A DNA stretch of 63,802 bases, filler included, from Octopus bimaculoides (GCF_001194135.2; 9 parts of 7 records of this genome joined end to end with filler, not necessarily neighbours in it), one strand, 5' to 3'. Numbered from the whole stretch's first letter, positions 13,085-26,880 are shown. Translations and numbers: made by a program. The notes: generated by a model not told the origin, from the sequence alone.

Positions 13085-13420
13085 GTGATACCTGTGCCAG
13101 TGGAACATAAAAAGCACTCTTCGAACTTTGGGCATCACAGAGACAGTGACAAATGACTGAGACCTTGGCAATATACTGTGCTTGAGAAGACCTGTCAAGC
13201 CAAGTGAGATTGTAGTCACGGCTGATACTGGTGTCTTGTAACTAGCACCCATACTGGTAATAAAAGCACCCACTACACTTTTGAGTGGTTGGTGTTAGGA
13301 AAGGCATCCAGCTGTAGAAACCATGCCAAGTCTGATTGAAGCCTGATGCAACTCTCCAGCTTACCAGTTTCCAGTCAGACTGTCATTGCCAGCATAGAAA
13401 ACGGGTGTTAAATGATGATA
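13085..13420 (+). mobile_element. RTE 3' end (last codons, UTR, (GAT) tail)
   Basis: cgaactttgggcatcacagagacagtgacaaatgac (RTLGITETVTND), then gtggttggtgttaggaaaggcatccagctgtagaaac and ttaaatgatgat. Confidence 0.8.
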
Positions 13421-15035
13421 TAAATATATGTTGTAATGTGATTCAAAGTGGAATGGTACTGTATAATTTTAACAAATATTAAACTTGTGCTATATTAATT
13501 CTCCATTTTCTACTTTGACTTATGTGTATACAAACATACATCTATACACACTCATTTGTATGTTTGTGTGCATGTGTGTGTGTGTATGTGTTTGTGACAA
13601 AGAAAATATGTTTATACATTACAGATTAGATTTCATCATTAAACACAGTTTGGACTTGTTCAACTTCCACTAAATTCTTTTTATTATCTCCGTTATAGCT
13701 GTTTTATCTGCCCTGAATGTTAAAGGTTATGACAAGCCAATGTCTTTTATACAAATTAAGAAGGATTTGGCAATATTTACTCACTTTAAAATATACATTA
13801 TAACAGTCTTGTCATACATAATGGAGTATATAACATCAATGTGTTGTGAACTATACTTTTACAACAATATTTCTGTCACTTTAAAAGATATTTTATGAAG
13901 AATATTATAAGGTTTTCTAAAATAAATAATATATTACTGTTCATTTCTTTTCACACATTGAAAAGTTCTAAAGACTCTCATAATGTATTTTATACAGTAA
14001 AGTAGGAGTAACTGACTTAATATATAGAGCCCAAAACTGTTAAAGTCAATTAAAACTTCCTATTGAAGAGAAAAAAATCATAAGCTTTTATGATTAATTC
14101 TGGTCAAGAAAAACAAGAGACTACTGAAGAGTTCACATTGATTAAAAATAAGTTGTTGGAGATGCCAAAGGAAGTGGATTTGATCTTTTACTTTACAACT
14201 AGTATGTGTTAAAGAAACAGACTGGTTAATTAAATTGGTGCTTTGCTCTAGAATTAAATGGACAAAAGCTGTGTCTTCTAGGCATGTACTGGATTATATT
14301 AGACAGATATGATGTTAAAAATGAACACAGTAGTTGATGAAAGTAGCAGTTGAGCATCAACACTAAAATTACTGAGGTGCAATACAATATACATGGTATG
14401 AAGCATTGTTTCTTTTATGGTAGATGTTAGAGATATATTTAGACACAATTCATGAACACAGTACAGAATGAGCCATAAAAGAAATTACTATTGAAATTAA
14501 ATTAGATGATTTATAAATACAAATCCATGATAATGTGAATGAAACACCCTTAGGACTGAAAGCGACTGAGGCCAGATAACTGTCATAATCCATATGACCA
14601 TGCTCACCCTTGTACCAGAGTAACCATACGCACTCTTCTCACTCAAATTAGTGCACGTATAGAATCAGTGTGTTACTGGAAAAATCTTAGCCATTCTACT
14701 TTATCATATGCTACTAATATTAGTATTCTGTATGTCTTTTGGAATTTACAATAACATTGAGAATTTAAGATATGAAAATTTTTTAAATGATGAAATAAAG
14801 TAAAACATAAATGGATTTTACATAGCCTTGCGTTAAAGGTAACAAAAATATCAGAGACCTCATGTGAGAGCTGGGATATATATAAGCAATGTATCGACAC
14901 TTTATGGGCACTAATTTTAGGAGAAAGGGTGTGCTTTGTTGTTTTGGTGCAAGAATTAGATAGGCATGTGGATTAGAACAGATACATAGTTTGAGTGCTC
15001 TGTGTTTTACAACTAGGACCACAACCAGCCATGCA

Positions 15036-15093
<58 letters not shown>

Positions 15094-15248
15094 TGTGTGT
15101 GTGTGTGTGTANNNNNNNNNNNNNNNNNNNNNNNNNNNNNNNNNNNNNNNNNNNNTTAATTAATTAANNNNNNNNNNNNNNNNNNNNNNNNNNNNNNNNN
15201 NNNNNNNNNNNAGAGAGAGATAGATTGACAGGTAGGTACAGAAAGTCC

Positions 15249-15299
<51 letters not shown>

Positions 15300-15321
15300 G
15301 ATAGACACAGACAGACAGACC

Positions 15322-15381
<60 letters not shown>

Positions 15382-15528
15382 GATAGATAGATAGATAGAT
15401 GCAGAAATACACAAGCAAAGAAGTATACAGTTGGATAAATAGACGAATAGGCAGACATTAACTGTTGTAAGAAAAAAAAAAGACTTAGTAGACCGACTGT
15501 GGACAATATATACATACGTATACATACG

Positions 15529-16407
15529 CAGGTTGCAATGGGTAAATTGTCATCATTTAAAATTTTTAATTTCGCACATGCGCATTGTTTGTTTTTTGAT
15601 TTTGTCGACCACACAGTATAGTATGGTCAGTTGGGCACTGTCTGTAAGAAAAATAGCACCACGCCGCATTTCATTTTGCCAGAAATTGGAAACGACGTGC
15701 TGTACTGCTTGGCATTCGCGCCGGAAGCTCCAGTACGAACCATTCAGAGTCTTTGGGTGTCAATCTTGGGACAGTGTAGTCTGAGGATATGTACCGAGAG
15801 AGATAAAAATCAAACATCCAGTCAACATCATGGTGTTTGGAGTGATAACAAGTGATGGTGACGTTATGCCTCCATTCATCTTCTCAGACTCAACACGGAG
15901 GCCGACATCAAGTGCCTGGAGGAGGTAGTACTGCCCTGGATCTAGAGGGTGGCTACTGGAAGACCTTGTGTCTGGCAACAGGACTCTGCACCATGCCACA
16001 CAAGGAGGAGAACCCAGTCATGCTGTCAGACAATTTCTGCGACCATATCACCCCTAACATCTGGCCATCTAACTCCCCAGACTGCAACCCCCTTGATTAT
16101 TATGTGTGGGCCGCAGTTGAGTAAGAGACCAACAAAACTCATTGTAACACCAAAGATGAACTGAAGGCAAGGATTATGGTAGCATTCACCAACTTAAACA
16201 AGGAAACCGTCCAGAAGAGTTGCAGGAGATTCCCGAAGATGTCTGGAGGCCGTGGTTGAAGCCAATGGCGATTTTATGGAATAAATTCACTCTTTAGCCT
16301 TTGAAGATATTTTTATGTAATTTTGGTAAATAAATCTGTTAAAATGAAAGGTTAGTGTTATTTTCATTTTTGCATAATTTAGACGACAACTAATTCATCG
16401 CACCCTG
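15529..16407 (+). mobile_element. Internally deleted maT-like (DD37D) Tc1/mariner transposon
   Basis: IKHPVNIMVFGVITSDGDVMPPF, WQQDSAPCH, WPSNSPDCNPLDYYVW; D-to-D spacing is 37 after restoring a 1-nt deletion near 16022. Degenerate TIRs caggttgcaatg and catcgcaccctg; TA at the right end. Confidence 0.85.
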
Positions 16408-16482
16408 TATATCCAACGAGGAAGTGGTGATGAGAGATAAATTGATACACACACACACATATGTATATAGATATATATACAT

Positions 16483-16549
<67 letters not shown>

Positions 16550-16746
16550 NNNNNNNNNNNNNNNNNNNNNNNNNNNNNNNNNNNNNNNNNNNNNNNNNNN
16601 NNNNNNNNNNNNNNNNNNNNNNNNNNNNNNNNNNNNNNNNNNNNATATATATACATACAAACATATATATATATATATATATACATACAAACATATATAT
16701 ATATATATATATACATATATATATAATATATATATATATATAAAAT

Positions 16747-16779
<33 letters not shown>

Positions 16780-17824
16780 CATTTTGTTTTGAAACAGTTG
16801 AAAAAAAAAACTGATATGGACGCTAAGCATGAGAAGAGTAATAACGGAAGTGAAAATAACGAATGAAAACATGGCAGTAGATGAAAGTGTGATACGATTT
16901 TGTGTGAGGCAGACGACAGTTTGGTGTATAATGGGTGGTCTTGGCCGTGTGAAATTTTCCTTTGCTACTTCGTCAAAATAACCACTTCGTTTTATATGAC
17001 AATTAGAAGAATATGCTTCTATAAGGATTGTGTGTGTGTTTGTGCGTTAATGTGTGTGTGTGCGTGTGAAAATGAGTGTGACCTGGCGGAAGACCGAATT
17101 ACCGTCAGAAGGATGAGTTCAAATGTTTGTGAGGGAAACGTGAGGGTGATACGCCTGCAGCTAAAGTGACTCTGAACGACCGAGGAGGACGTTGGAAACA
17201 AAACCACACACACACACACACAAATATACACCGACACATATTTATACATACTCAAATGTTCGCATACATTTATATATATACATACACGTCTATCTCGCTT
17301 TCTATAAAACTTATGCACACGCAGACACACATATGCACACACGTACTCATATATATATATATATATGTGTGTGTATGGGAGCGTGTGTGTGTATGTGTGT
17401 GTGTGTGTGTGTGCACGTGTAAGTCTATGTGCATGTGTCTATACCATTCTGTGCTCTAGAATAGTGTTCGTCTTATGTGCTTTAAAAAGTTACGATTTAC
17501 TTCAGCCAAAAAACGCTGTAAACCCTCCAACGGCCAATATATATTCTTCCACTTCGCTGTCTTATTACACCTCACACACTTTGCTCTTTCTTTCTTTCTT
17601 TCTTCCATTCCCTCTTCATTCTGTCTGTCTCTCACTCGCTTACTCCTCCGCCCCCACTCATGAATAGAAAATCTGATAAATATACCGGGTGATAGAATTA
17701 GCCCATCACAAATACACAATTAGACAAAGAGCTAGCAAAATCTTATTAGGGTCTATATATTATTATCTAAAATCATACATTTTATATACATCGTTTTTTA
17801 AATCAATATTTACATATACATACA

Positions 17825-17858
<34 letters not shown>

Positions 17859-17879
17859 CATACATACATACATGACAAA

Positions 17880-18570
17880 ACCTGCCGCCCAGAATTTAAT
17901 GTATTACTCTCATTTTGAAAGGGTATACGTTTGCGATCCAGGAACAGGAAATAGCAACCAAATACCTAATGCACAAAAGAGACAGAGACAAAGAAAAATA
18001 CCAGAAGTCGATAACCGATGCAGATTTTGTGGAGTTGACACCCACCTCATAAGCAGGGATCGCAGTATTATCCACCGTTGAGACATGATGTTGGAGCCCA
18101 AAACACTATAATTAGATCCATCGGAAAGATAATCCTGAGGCCAAAGAGATAAGAACCCACAGTATAGTTGAGACCATAGCCAATCGTATTATGAAGGAGT
18201 AAACTGGAGGAATGTTCCCGTGAAAATTTCAATAAAATGTTAACATAACAGACCAGACATAGTGATTTAGGAAGAAGAACAGAAACTATGTACCATGACA
18301 GAAATCAGTTGCCTAGCAAATGTTAACATAAAGCTAAAGATCAGCGAAAAAGAAAGTACTTGCGCTGAACTGTTGAGAAATTTACAGTAACGCAACCTGG
18401 ATTACAAGTTCAAGTTCAAGTTTATAACTGTAATTTGTGGGGTACTGGGATATTAAAAAGAGCCTGAGCACTGATCTTGAGAAATTAGGTTTCTCAAAAC
18501 CAGAAAGGAGAAAACTACATTCAAGATAACAGATTCAAGCCATGCGTACTCTAACGTAGTTCTAAAGCGG
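17880..18570 (+). mobile_element. R4-clade LINE 3' fragment (divergent subfamily)
   Basis: FAIQEQEIATKYL, DNRCRFCG, HNRPDIVI, ISCLANVNIKLKISEKE, VICGVLG: zinc knuckle plus RLE region with stops and frameshifts. Confidence 0.8.
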
Positions 18571-18726
18571 ACACACACACACACACACACACGCACGCCC
18601 ACACGCACGCACACAAATATATACATGCATCTATCCATGCATACATGTTTACATACATGCATACATATAATATATAAACATGTTTCTACATCTATATATA
18701 CATGAATATACATACATAGACATACA

Positions 18727-18764
<38 letters not shown>

Positions 18765-18859
18765 TAGATAGATAGATAGATACATAGATACATACATACA
18801 TACATACATACATACGTACATACGTACATACATACATACATACGTACAACATACATACA

Positions 18860-19450
<591 letters not shown>

Positions 19451-19592
19451 GCTCTGACTGGGCAGACCTATGATCAAAAGTTGTTTCAGCCATGACCATT
19501 ATGCCTTACACAGTTTAGTACATACATGTGTGTATACATACATACATACATACACACATACACACACACTCACACATATATATATGTATGTA

Positions 19593-19809
19593 TACTCTTT
19601 TACTCTTTTACTTGTTTCAGTCATTTGACTGCGGCCATGCTGGAGCACCGCCTTTAGTCGAGCAAATCGACCCCAGGACTTACTCTTTGGATGCCTAGTA
19701 TTTATTCTATCGGTCTCTTTTACCGAACCGCTAATTTACGGGGACGTAAACACACCACCATCGGTTGTCAAGCGATGTTGGGGGAACAAACACAGACTCA
19801 CAAACATAT

Positions 19810-19852
<43 letters not shown>

Positions 19853-19881
19853 TACGACAGGCTTCTTTCAGTTTCCGTCTA
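19593..19881 (-). mobile_element. tRNA/CORE-like SINE, 3' half with internal microsatellite and (GAGTAAAA) tail
   Basis: Minus strand tagacggaaactgaaagaagcc-(TA/TG)n-...ggcggtgctccagcatggccgcagtcaaatgactgaaacaagtaaaagagtaaaagag; the same family occurs at 31251, 43170, 49905, 53350, 61010 and 62085. Confidence 0.85.
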
Positions 19882-19981
19882 NNNNNNNNNNNNNNNNNNN
19901 NNNNNNNNNNNNNNNNNNNNNNNNNTTAATTAATTAANNNNNNNNNNNNNNNNNNNNNNNNNNNNNNNNNNNNNNNNNNNN

Positions 19982-20024
<43 letters not shown>

Positions 20025-20605
20025 TATATATGTACACATATATACTTATATATTTATATGTGTGTGTGTATGTATTTAGATAGAAGAGACATAGACAGAT
20101 ATAGATATATACAGAGAGAGGGAGAAAGAGAAAGAGAGAGAGACAGAGGGAGAGCGAGATGTGAGTTAACTGCAACTGGGAAACGTATATGTGATATAGA
20201 GGTCTGTGCTTACCTCTGCTCAGTGGTAAACTGCTTTTTATTAATATCAATATGTATGTGAATATATAAATGTATGCGTGTGAGTTTAATGAGAGTTAGA
20301 ATCTGTGTGTCTTTGTAGGTGTGCGTGCGTGCGTGTCTCTATGTGTGTGTGTGTGGTGTGTCTGTATGTAGATGCTTGTGTGTGTGTATGTGTGTGTGTG
20401 TTTATGTTTATGTCAATTTCCATACAATTTCGCAAAAACATTTTACCGTCGTCGATAATATGTGAAAGTATCTGACACTTATTAAAAGTAAGACCCAATA
20501 CATCAATAGATCAATAGATCAATAGATATATCCCCTGATTACAGAGTTTGATAATGGTGCCTTTACTTCCTGCACATACACAAGCACTCACACACATACA
20601 GACAT

Positions 20606-20644
<39 letters not shown>

Positions 20645-20938
20645 CACGCAATAACATACGCAGACAGCGTTTTGCATGTAAACATTCCTATACAACAATA
20701 CACTTACATTTGCGTTACACACACACACACATACACACTCATAGATGCAAAAATTCATATGTACGCACACACAGTTTTGTAGGAAAATATCCCAAGATAC
20801 ATATAGACATATATTTATGTTATTTCATACGCACACTTATACACACATATACAAGTCTTGCATAAACTACCTACGCAAGTATGTACACATATTCACGTTC
20901 CATTCTTTCACACCCACAAACACGCGCGCACACACACT

Positions 20939-20972
<34 letters not shown>

Positions 20973-21329
20973 ATACATTCATTCATAATACATAGTTACG
21001 TTTATACACACGTCCATAGAAGCATACATAGATGCGTACACATATGATTACATAGATATAGTTTTACATAAATATGTATGTACAGATACATATATAAATT
21101 ACATATATGCATATATTATAGACACAAACAGATTCATACATCTATAAAAACATACAAGGTGCTTGGTCATAAAGGAATACTAATGGTTGCACGCGCACAC
21201 ACACATACACATACATACATACATACACACACATATATATATGTGTGTGTATATATATATATATTTTTTTTTTTATAGTTTCAGCTTAGAGCTGCGGCCA
21301 TGCTGATGCACCACCGTGTTGATACACTG

Positions 21330-21476
21330 TTATTACAGGGAGCCTCTTACAATATGTGGCACTTGGTGAAGAATGGAGTTTGATTTAGCAACCCTCATTT
21401 GCACCTTCTGCCGCGAGGTAGGTTCATCTGGGACTCTCGATAGGAAGAGGTCCAGCTTTGATTTAAAATAATATAT
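21330..21476 (-). mobile_element. 3' coding end of a CR1/L2-group LINE
   Basis: YFKSKLDLFLSRVPDEP...AKSNSILHQ resembles the FK..LD.FL..PD.P...NS C-terminal motif of CR1-group ORF2. Confidence 0.6.
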
Positions 21477-21477
21477 A

Positions 21478-21553
21478 GGCGTAGGAGTGGCTGTGTGGTA
21501 AGTAGCTTGCTTACCAACCACATGGTCCCGGGTTCAGTCCCACTGCGTGGCAT
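21478..21553 (+). mobile_element. tRNA-derived SINE head (CORE-like family), truncated by a gap
   Basis: ggcgtaggagtggctgtgtggtaag...ccgggttcagtcccactgcgtggca with A-box-like TGGCTGTGTGG and B-box-like GGTTCAGTCCC. Confidence 0.8.
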
Positions 21554-22128
21554 NNNNNNNNNNNNNNNNNNNNNNNNNNNNNNNNNNNNNNNNNNNNNNN
21601 NNNNNNNNNNNNNNNNNNNNNNNNNNNNNNNNNNNNNNNNNNNNNNNNNNNNNNNNNNNNNNNNNNNNNNNNNNNNNNNNNNNNNNNNNNNNNNNNNNNN
21701 NNNNNNNNNNNNNNNNNNNNNNNNNNNNNNNNNNNNNNNNNNNNNNNNNNNNNNNNNNNNNNNNNNNNNNNNNNNNNNNNNNNNNNNNNNNNNNNNNNNN
21801 NNNNNNNNNNNNNNNNNNNNNNNNNNNNNNNNNNNNNNNNNNNNNNNNNNNNNNNNNNNNNNNNNNNNNNNNNNNNNNNNNNNNNNNNNNNNNNNNNNNN
21901 NNNNNNNNNNNNNNNNNNNNNNNNNNNNNNNNNNNNNNNNNNNNNNNNNNNNNNNNNNNNNNNNNNNNNNNNNNNNNNNNNNNNTATTATTATTATTATT
22001 ATTAAAGCTGGAAAAACATCACAAAAATATCACAAAAACCTGCTTGTCAGAGTTTCACGTTTCCGTAGCCCTTTTTTTGTGATATCATTGTGATGTTTTT
22101 GCAGATTTGATAATAAAGCACATTCTTA

Positions 22129-22327
22129 GGCACAAGGCCCGAAATTTTTGGAGAGGGGGTCAGTCGATTAGATCGACTCCAGTACGCAGCTGCTATTTAA
22201 TTTATCGACCCGAAAGGATGGTAACCAAAGTCGACCTCGGTGGAATTTGAACTCGGAACGTAAAAACAGACGAAATACCGGTAAGCATTTCGCCTGGCGT
22301 GCTAACGTTTCTGTTAACTCGCCGCTT
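22129..22327 (-). mobile_element. tRNA-derived SINE (Meta-domain-like body) with target-site duplication
   Basis: Minus strand gcggcgagttaacagaaacgttagc...gagttcaaattcc...atcctttcgggtcgataaattaaat; 14-bp TSD taataaagca(c/t)att at 22111 and 22331. Confidence 0.88.
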
Positions 22328-22473
22328 TAATAATAAAGCATATTACTCTACCTCTGGTATTCGAGTACTATTTTTCCCATCTTGTTTCACATTTATGTGC
22401 TTACTCTGGTATATAGACAAAATGGCTGATCGTTAGTAAGGAAAGACACACATATAAGAAAGAAGAAAGCAAA

Positions 22474-22518
22474 GGACCACTGATGCGGTCACAGAAGTGT
22501 GACGAAAGAACTCTGGCC
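22474..22518 (+). ncRNA. Minimal type I hammerhead ribozyme motif (degenerate core)
   Basis: Stem I GACCA/UGGCC (4 of 5 pairs), core CUGAUG(C)G, stem II GUCAC/GUGAC, GAAA, 4-nt linker GAAC, UC cleavage site. Confidence 0.6.
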
Positions 22519-22681
22519 GAAATACGATTAATATAAAATAAAGCTGAAGCAAATTAACACCAAATATATATTGCGTGTGATTTTATTGGCTGAACTGGCA
22601 ACATAACCATCCCCAAATACAACAATATCTGTTTCAACACACGATTTCACATCAAGAATCTTGTAAACCGAATATATAAAC

Positions 22682-22715
<34 letters not shown>

Positions 22716-23378
22716 AATTAAAACATAGGGTAAAAAATCATATATTAATTAATATCGATTTATTACCAGGAAGCTAGCACATTTAAAGAATCAGAGAGAT
22801 TCACAAAAAATATCTGAGATCTTAGGGGATTAAAGTATATTTTTATATATAACGTTGACCACTAAAGTGGACATTTAATNNNNNNNNNNNNNNNNNNNNN
22901 NNNNNNNNNNNNNNNNNNNNNNNNNNNNNNNNNNNNNNNNNNNNNNNNNNNNNNNNNNNNNNNNNNNNNNNNNNNNNNNNNNNNNNNNNNNNNNNNNNNN
23001 NNNNNNNNNNNNNNNNNNNNNNNNNNNNNNNNNNNNNNNNNNNNNNNNNNNNNNNNNNNNNNNNNNNNNNNNNNNNNNNNNNNNNNNNNNNNNNNNNNNN
23101 NNNNNNNNNNNNNNNNNNNNNNNNNNNNNNNNNNNNNNNNNNNNNNNNNNNNNNNNNNNNNNNNNNNNNNNNNNNNNNNNNNNNNNNNNNNNNNNNNNNN
23201 NNNNNNNNNNNNNNNNNNNNNNNNNNNNNNNNNNNNNNNNNNNNNNNNNNNNNNNNNNNNNNNNNNNNNNNNNNNNNNNNNNNNNNNNNNNNNNNNNNNN
23301 NNNNNNNNNNNNNNNNNNNNNNNNNNNNNNNNNNNNNNNNNNNNNNNNNNNNNNNGAAACAGTAAGGGTAATGCATTA

Positions 23379-23433
<55 letters not shown>

Positions 23434-24182
23434 CGCGCGTGTCTGTGTGTGTACGAGGACTGTAAACTCGTTCGTCACGTATTTGATATGAATATAACAT
23501 AGAATCTATATCGGTGTTATTATGTTCAAACGACGCTTTGGCCAACCTCGCCATACACTTGTCCGAACGTCAACGAAATACGTACTAGTTAACTATTGCC
23601 CGCTTATAAAGCTTGTCTTGGTCACTACTGTTGTTGTTATTAGTTTTGCTGTAGTTTTGTTATTGTTGCCGTTGTCGATGGTGGTGTAGTGGTGACTGTG
23701 GTATTGCTGAACCTATTAATGATTTTAATTGCAGCTGTTACAAATGCTCTTGTTTTGTTGTTGTTCTTGCTACTAAGTGTGGTTTTAGTGTCATTAATGA
23801 ATACACCGAATCACATTATAGTGGCGGCGGTAGTAGAAATAGAATAAGAAGAGGTTGTGGTGGTAGTGGTGTTGTTGGAGAGAGAAGTGGTAGTGGTGGT
23901 GGTGCTGGTGGTGGTGATATCAATGATGAGCTTGTGGTTCTGGTCATAGCATTAACTCTATAGGTATCTTGTTGTTGTTGTTGTTGTCAGTATAGGTGAT
24001 GGAGATGGAAGTGGTGGTGGTGGTGGTGGAAGATATTTTCTTTGAAGTTTCGATCTGGATTGGTGTTCATAAACAAGAAATAAAAAAATAATAATAAATG
24101 TGTTTTATTTGGTAGATCTAGAGATCTTGAGATCAAATCCTAGATTGTTTTATCGATAATGAAAGAGAGCGAACGAGAAGGG

Positions 24183-24260
<78 letters not shown>

Positions 24261-24992
24261 NNNNNNNNNNNNNNNNNNNNNNNNNNNNNNNNNNNNNNNN
24301 NNNNNNNNNNNNNNNNNNNNNNNNNNNNNNNNNNNNNNNNNNNNNNNNNNNNNNNNNNNNNNNNNNNNNNNNNNNNNNNNNNNNNNNNNNNNNNNNNNNN
24401 NNNNNNNNNNNNNNNNNNNNNNNNNNNNNNNNNNNNNNNNNNNNNNNNNNNNNNNNNNNNNNNNNNNNNNNNNNNNNNNNNNNNNNNNNNNNNNNNNNNN
24501 NNNNNNNNNNNNNNNNNNNNNNNNNNNNNNNNNNNNNNNNNNNNNNNNNNNNNNNNNNNNNNNNNNNNNNNNNNNNNNNNNNNNNNNNNNNNNNNNNNNN
24601 NNNNNNNNNNNNNNNNNNNNNNNNNNNNNNNNNNNNNNNNNNNNNNNNNNNNNNNNNNNGGGGGGGCTGGTGACAATGAGGTTTGTCTGGTTGGTAATGA
24701 TGGTTTGTGTTGGTGGTGGTGGTAGTGGTGATGGCAGAGATGGTGATAGCAATAGAGAGGTTGATGATGATGGGGTGGGGGTGGGGTTGAGGTGGACGGA
24801 TTTTGTTTGGCATTGAAAGTGTTGCAGTACAGTGTGGGTGGTGATGGTGGTTGTGGTGGAAGTAGTTGCTAGGTAGTTCTGTCATTTGGATATATTGACT
24901 GTACTGGTGGTATATCGGTTTTAGCAGTAACATTGTAGAGGCGTTAATGAGGGTATAGGTGATAGTGGCGAAGGTATTAGTAGTAGTAGCAA

Positions 24993-25033
<41 letters not shown>

Positions 25034-25234
25034 ATGGTAAAGATTGGTAAGATAGTGGTCATGCTGGTGTGATTAGTGGTGCTCTCGTGATAGTGTGGAT
25101 GTAAGAGCAGAAGGAGAGCGTGGTGTTGATTATCAAGGAGAGTGTATATGAATGTATGCACGAACATGAAAGAGATATACAGGTATATCTTGCACACACA
25201 CACACACACACAATCACACATATATATACACCTC

Positions 25235-25269
<35 letters not shown>

Positions 25270-25406
25270 TAGATAGATAGATAGAAAGATAGATAGATGT
25301 ATGCGGGTGTGTGCATATATATATATACATATATATGTATGTATATATGCATGTATATATGTGTGTGCATAAATAAGTACACACACGACCACACATACAC
25401 TAACAA

Positions 25407-25438
<32 letters not shown>

Positions 25439-25451
25439 ACACACACATAGT

Positions 25452-25745
25452 GACTTTCTTCTTGGCACCCAGCATGGCTTCAGCTAAAGAAGAAGCTTTA
25501 TTACACCGCCTCTGATGCATTATGATTGGGTGTCGAAACACAACTTATGAATCGTTCAAACACGGATGTGATATATCTTAATTTTGCAAAGATCTTTCAT
25601 AGGGTTAATCATAGGATGATATGTCACAAGTTACGGAAACTCGACATAGTATGAAATCTGAGAGAGTGGTTACATAACTTTTTAAAAAACAGAAACCAGC
25701 CGGTGGCAGCCAATGAGGCTCTCTCGGAGGAGACAGTGATAGCAT
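25452..25745 (+). mobile_element. CR1-group RT fragment
   Basis: DFLLGTQHGF..., HYDW, NTDVIYLNFAKIFHRVNHRMICHKLR, EWLHNFLKNRNQ (decayed QHGF and DVIYLDFAKAFD.V.H motifs). Confidence 0.8.
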
Positions 25746-26400
25746 TGACTTGATGAATTCTTTTAGCTTTCTTAGATGTAAATTTTTCCTAAGTGGATGT
25801 TCCTTGAATTTCACATTAGCTATAAGATCAAATAGGTCCTTTTCAAAATTTTCTAGTAGTGGATTTGGAGGCGGATTTTTTCTACTTTTAAATATCTTCT
25901 TATAGTAGTTCCTATCTTGTGTTTCAGAGGTTGAGTTTTTCATCTTGTTTTCATGATGATAAGCAATCCACCTCATTCTTCTAACAAAGTCATTTGTTCT
26001 ATGGATTAGTAGCTACATATACGTATCCTTACTATGTAAGGGGATGTCTTTCAGAGAAAGTTCTACATCTACCTTTTCCATCCTGTTCAAAAATTAAGTA
26101 CCAGAAAAAACACTCAGGTTTGGGAGGTGAGTTCAGTAAAAGGTTTAGATTTAGATTCAAAATTGAATATGGTACTTATGTTTAGGCACCAGAATATAGT
26201 ATGGTATTATACAAAAACCATTCCAAAAGCGAGGTGATCAAAAAATCAAAATAAGCAACACGGATTTTAAAGATGATTGCAGTACGCACGTTTCATGCTA
26301 CTCCATTTATTTAAGTAATGCGAGCATTACATTAAATGCAATATGTAGAGCAATCTTCAGCTGCACGAAAATGTAGAAAATTACAGTAGAATAGACATAT
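25746..26400 (-). mobile_element. 5' end of a Penelope-like element (ORF N-terminus and upstream region)
   Basis: ATG at 26081(-): MEKVDVELSLKDIPLHSKDTYM*LLIHRTNDFVRRMRWIAY...FKSRKNPP...FEKDLFDLIANVKF, resembling the PLE N-terminal SLKNIP / RRMRWKA / FE.DL..L..N.KF motifs. Confidence 0.7.
26278..26365 (-). ncRNA. Type I hammerhead ribozyme motif with a long stem II
   Basis: Minus strand: stem I UGCAG/CUGCA, CUGAAGA, 59-nt imperfect hairpin (inner GUAAUG/CAUUAC), GAAA, C-GUGC-G, GUA site; the stem II closing pair is U-U rather than G-C. Confidence 0.75.
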
Positions 26401-26880
26401 TATAATTGTGGCAACATTTCAAATCCAAGTGGGAAGAAGAATACATANNNNNNNNNNNNNNNNNNNNNNNNNNNNNNNNNNNNNNNNNNNNNNNNNNNNN
26501 NNNNNNNNNNNNNNNNNNNNNNNNNNNNNNNNNNNNNNNNNNNNNNNNNNNNNNNNNNNNNNNNNNNNNNNNNNNNNNNNNNNNNNNNNNNNNNNNNNNN
26601 NNNNNNNNNNNNNNNNNNNNNNNNNNNNNNNNNNNNNNNNNNNNNNNNNNNNNNNNNNNNNNNNNNNNNNNNNNNNNNNNNNNNNNNNNNNNNNNNNNNN
26701 NNNNNNNNNNNNNNNNNNNNNNNNNNNNNNNNNNNNNNNNNNNNNNNNNNNNNNNNNNNNNNNNNNNNNNNNNNNNNNNNNNNNNNNNNNNNNNNNNNNN
26801 NNNNNNNNNNNNNNNNNNNNNNNNNNNNNNNNNNNNNNNNNNNNNNNNNNNNNNNNNNNNNNNNNNNNNNNNNNNNNNNN

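Noticed and set aside
14560-14755. Open stretch KRLRPDNCHNPYDHAHPCTRVTIRTLLTQISARIESVCYWK in unique sequence
   Set aside because: No recognisable motif, no convincing splice sites, stops on both sides.
25510-25545. ctgatgc...gtcgaaac, superficially hammerhead-like
   Set aside because: Lies inside a CR1 RT coding remnant (LMHYDW); A9 is missing and no stems I, II or III form.
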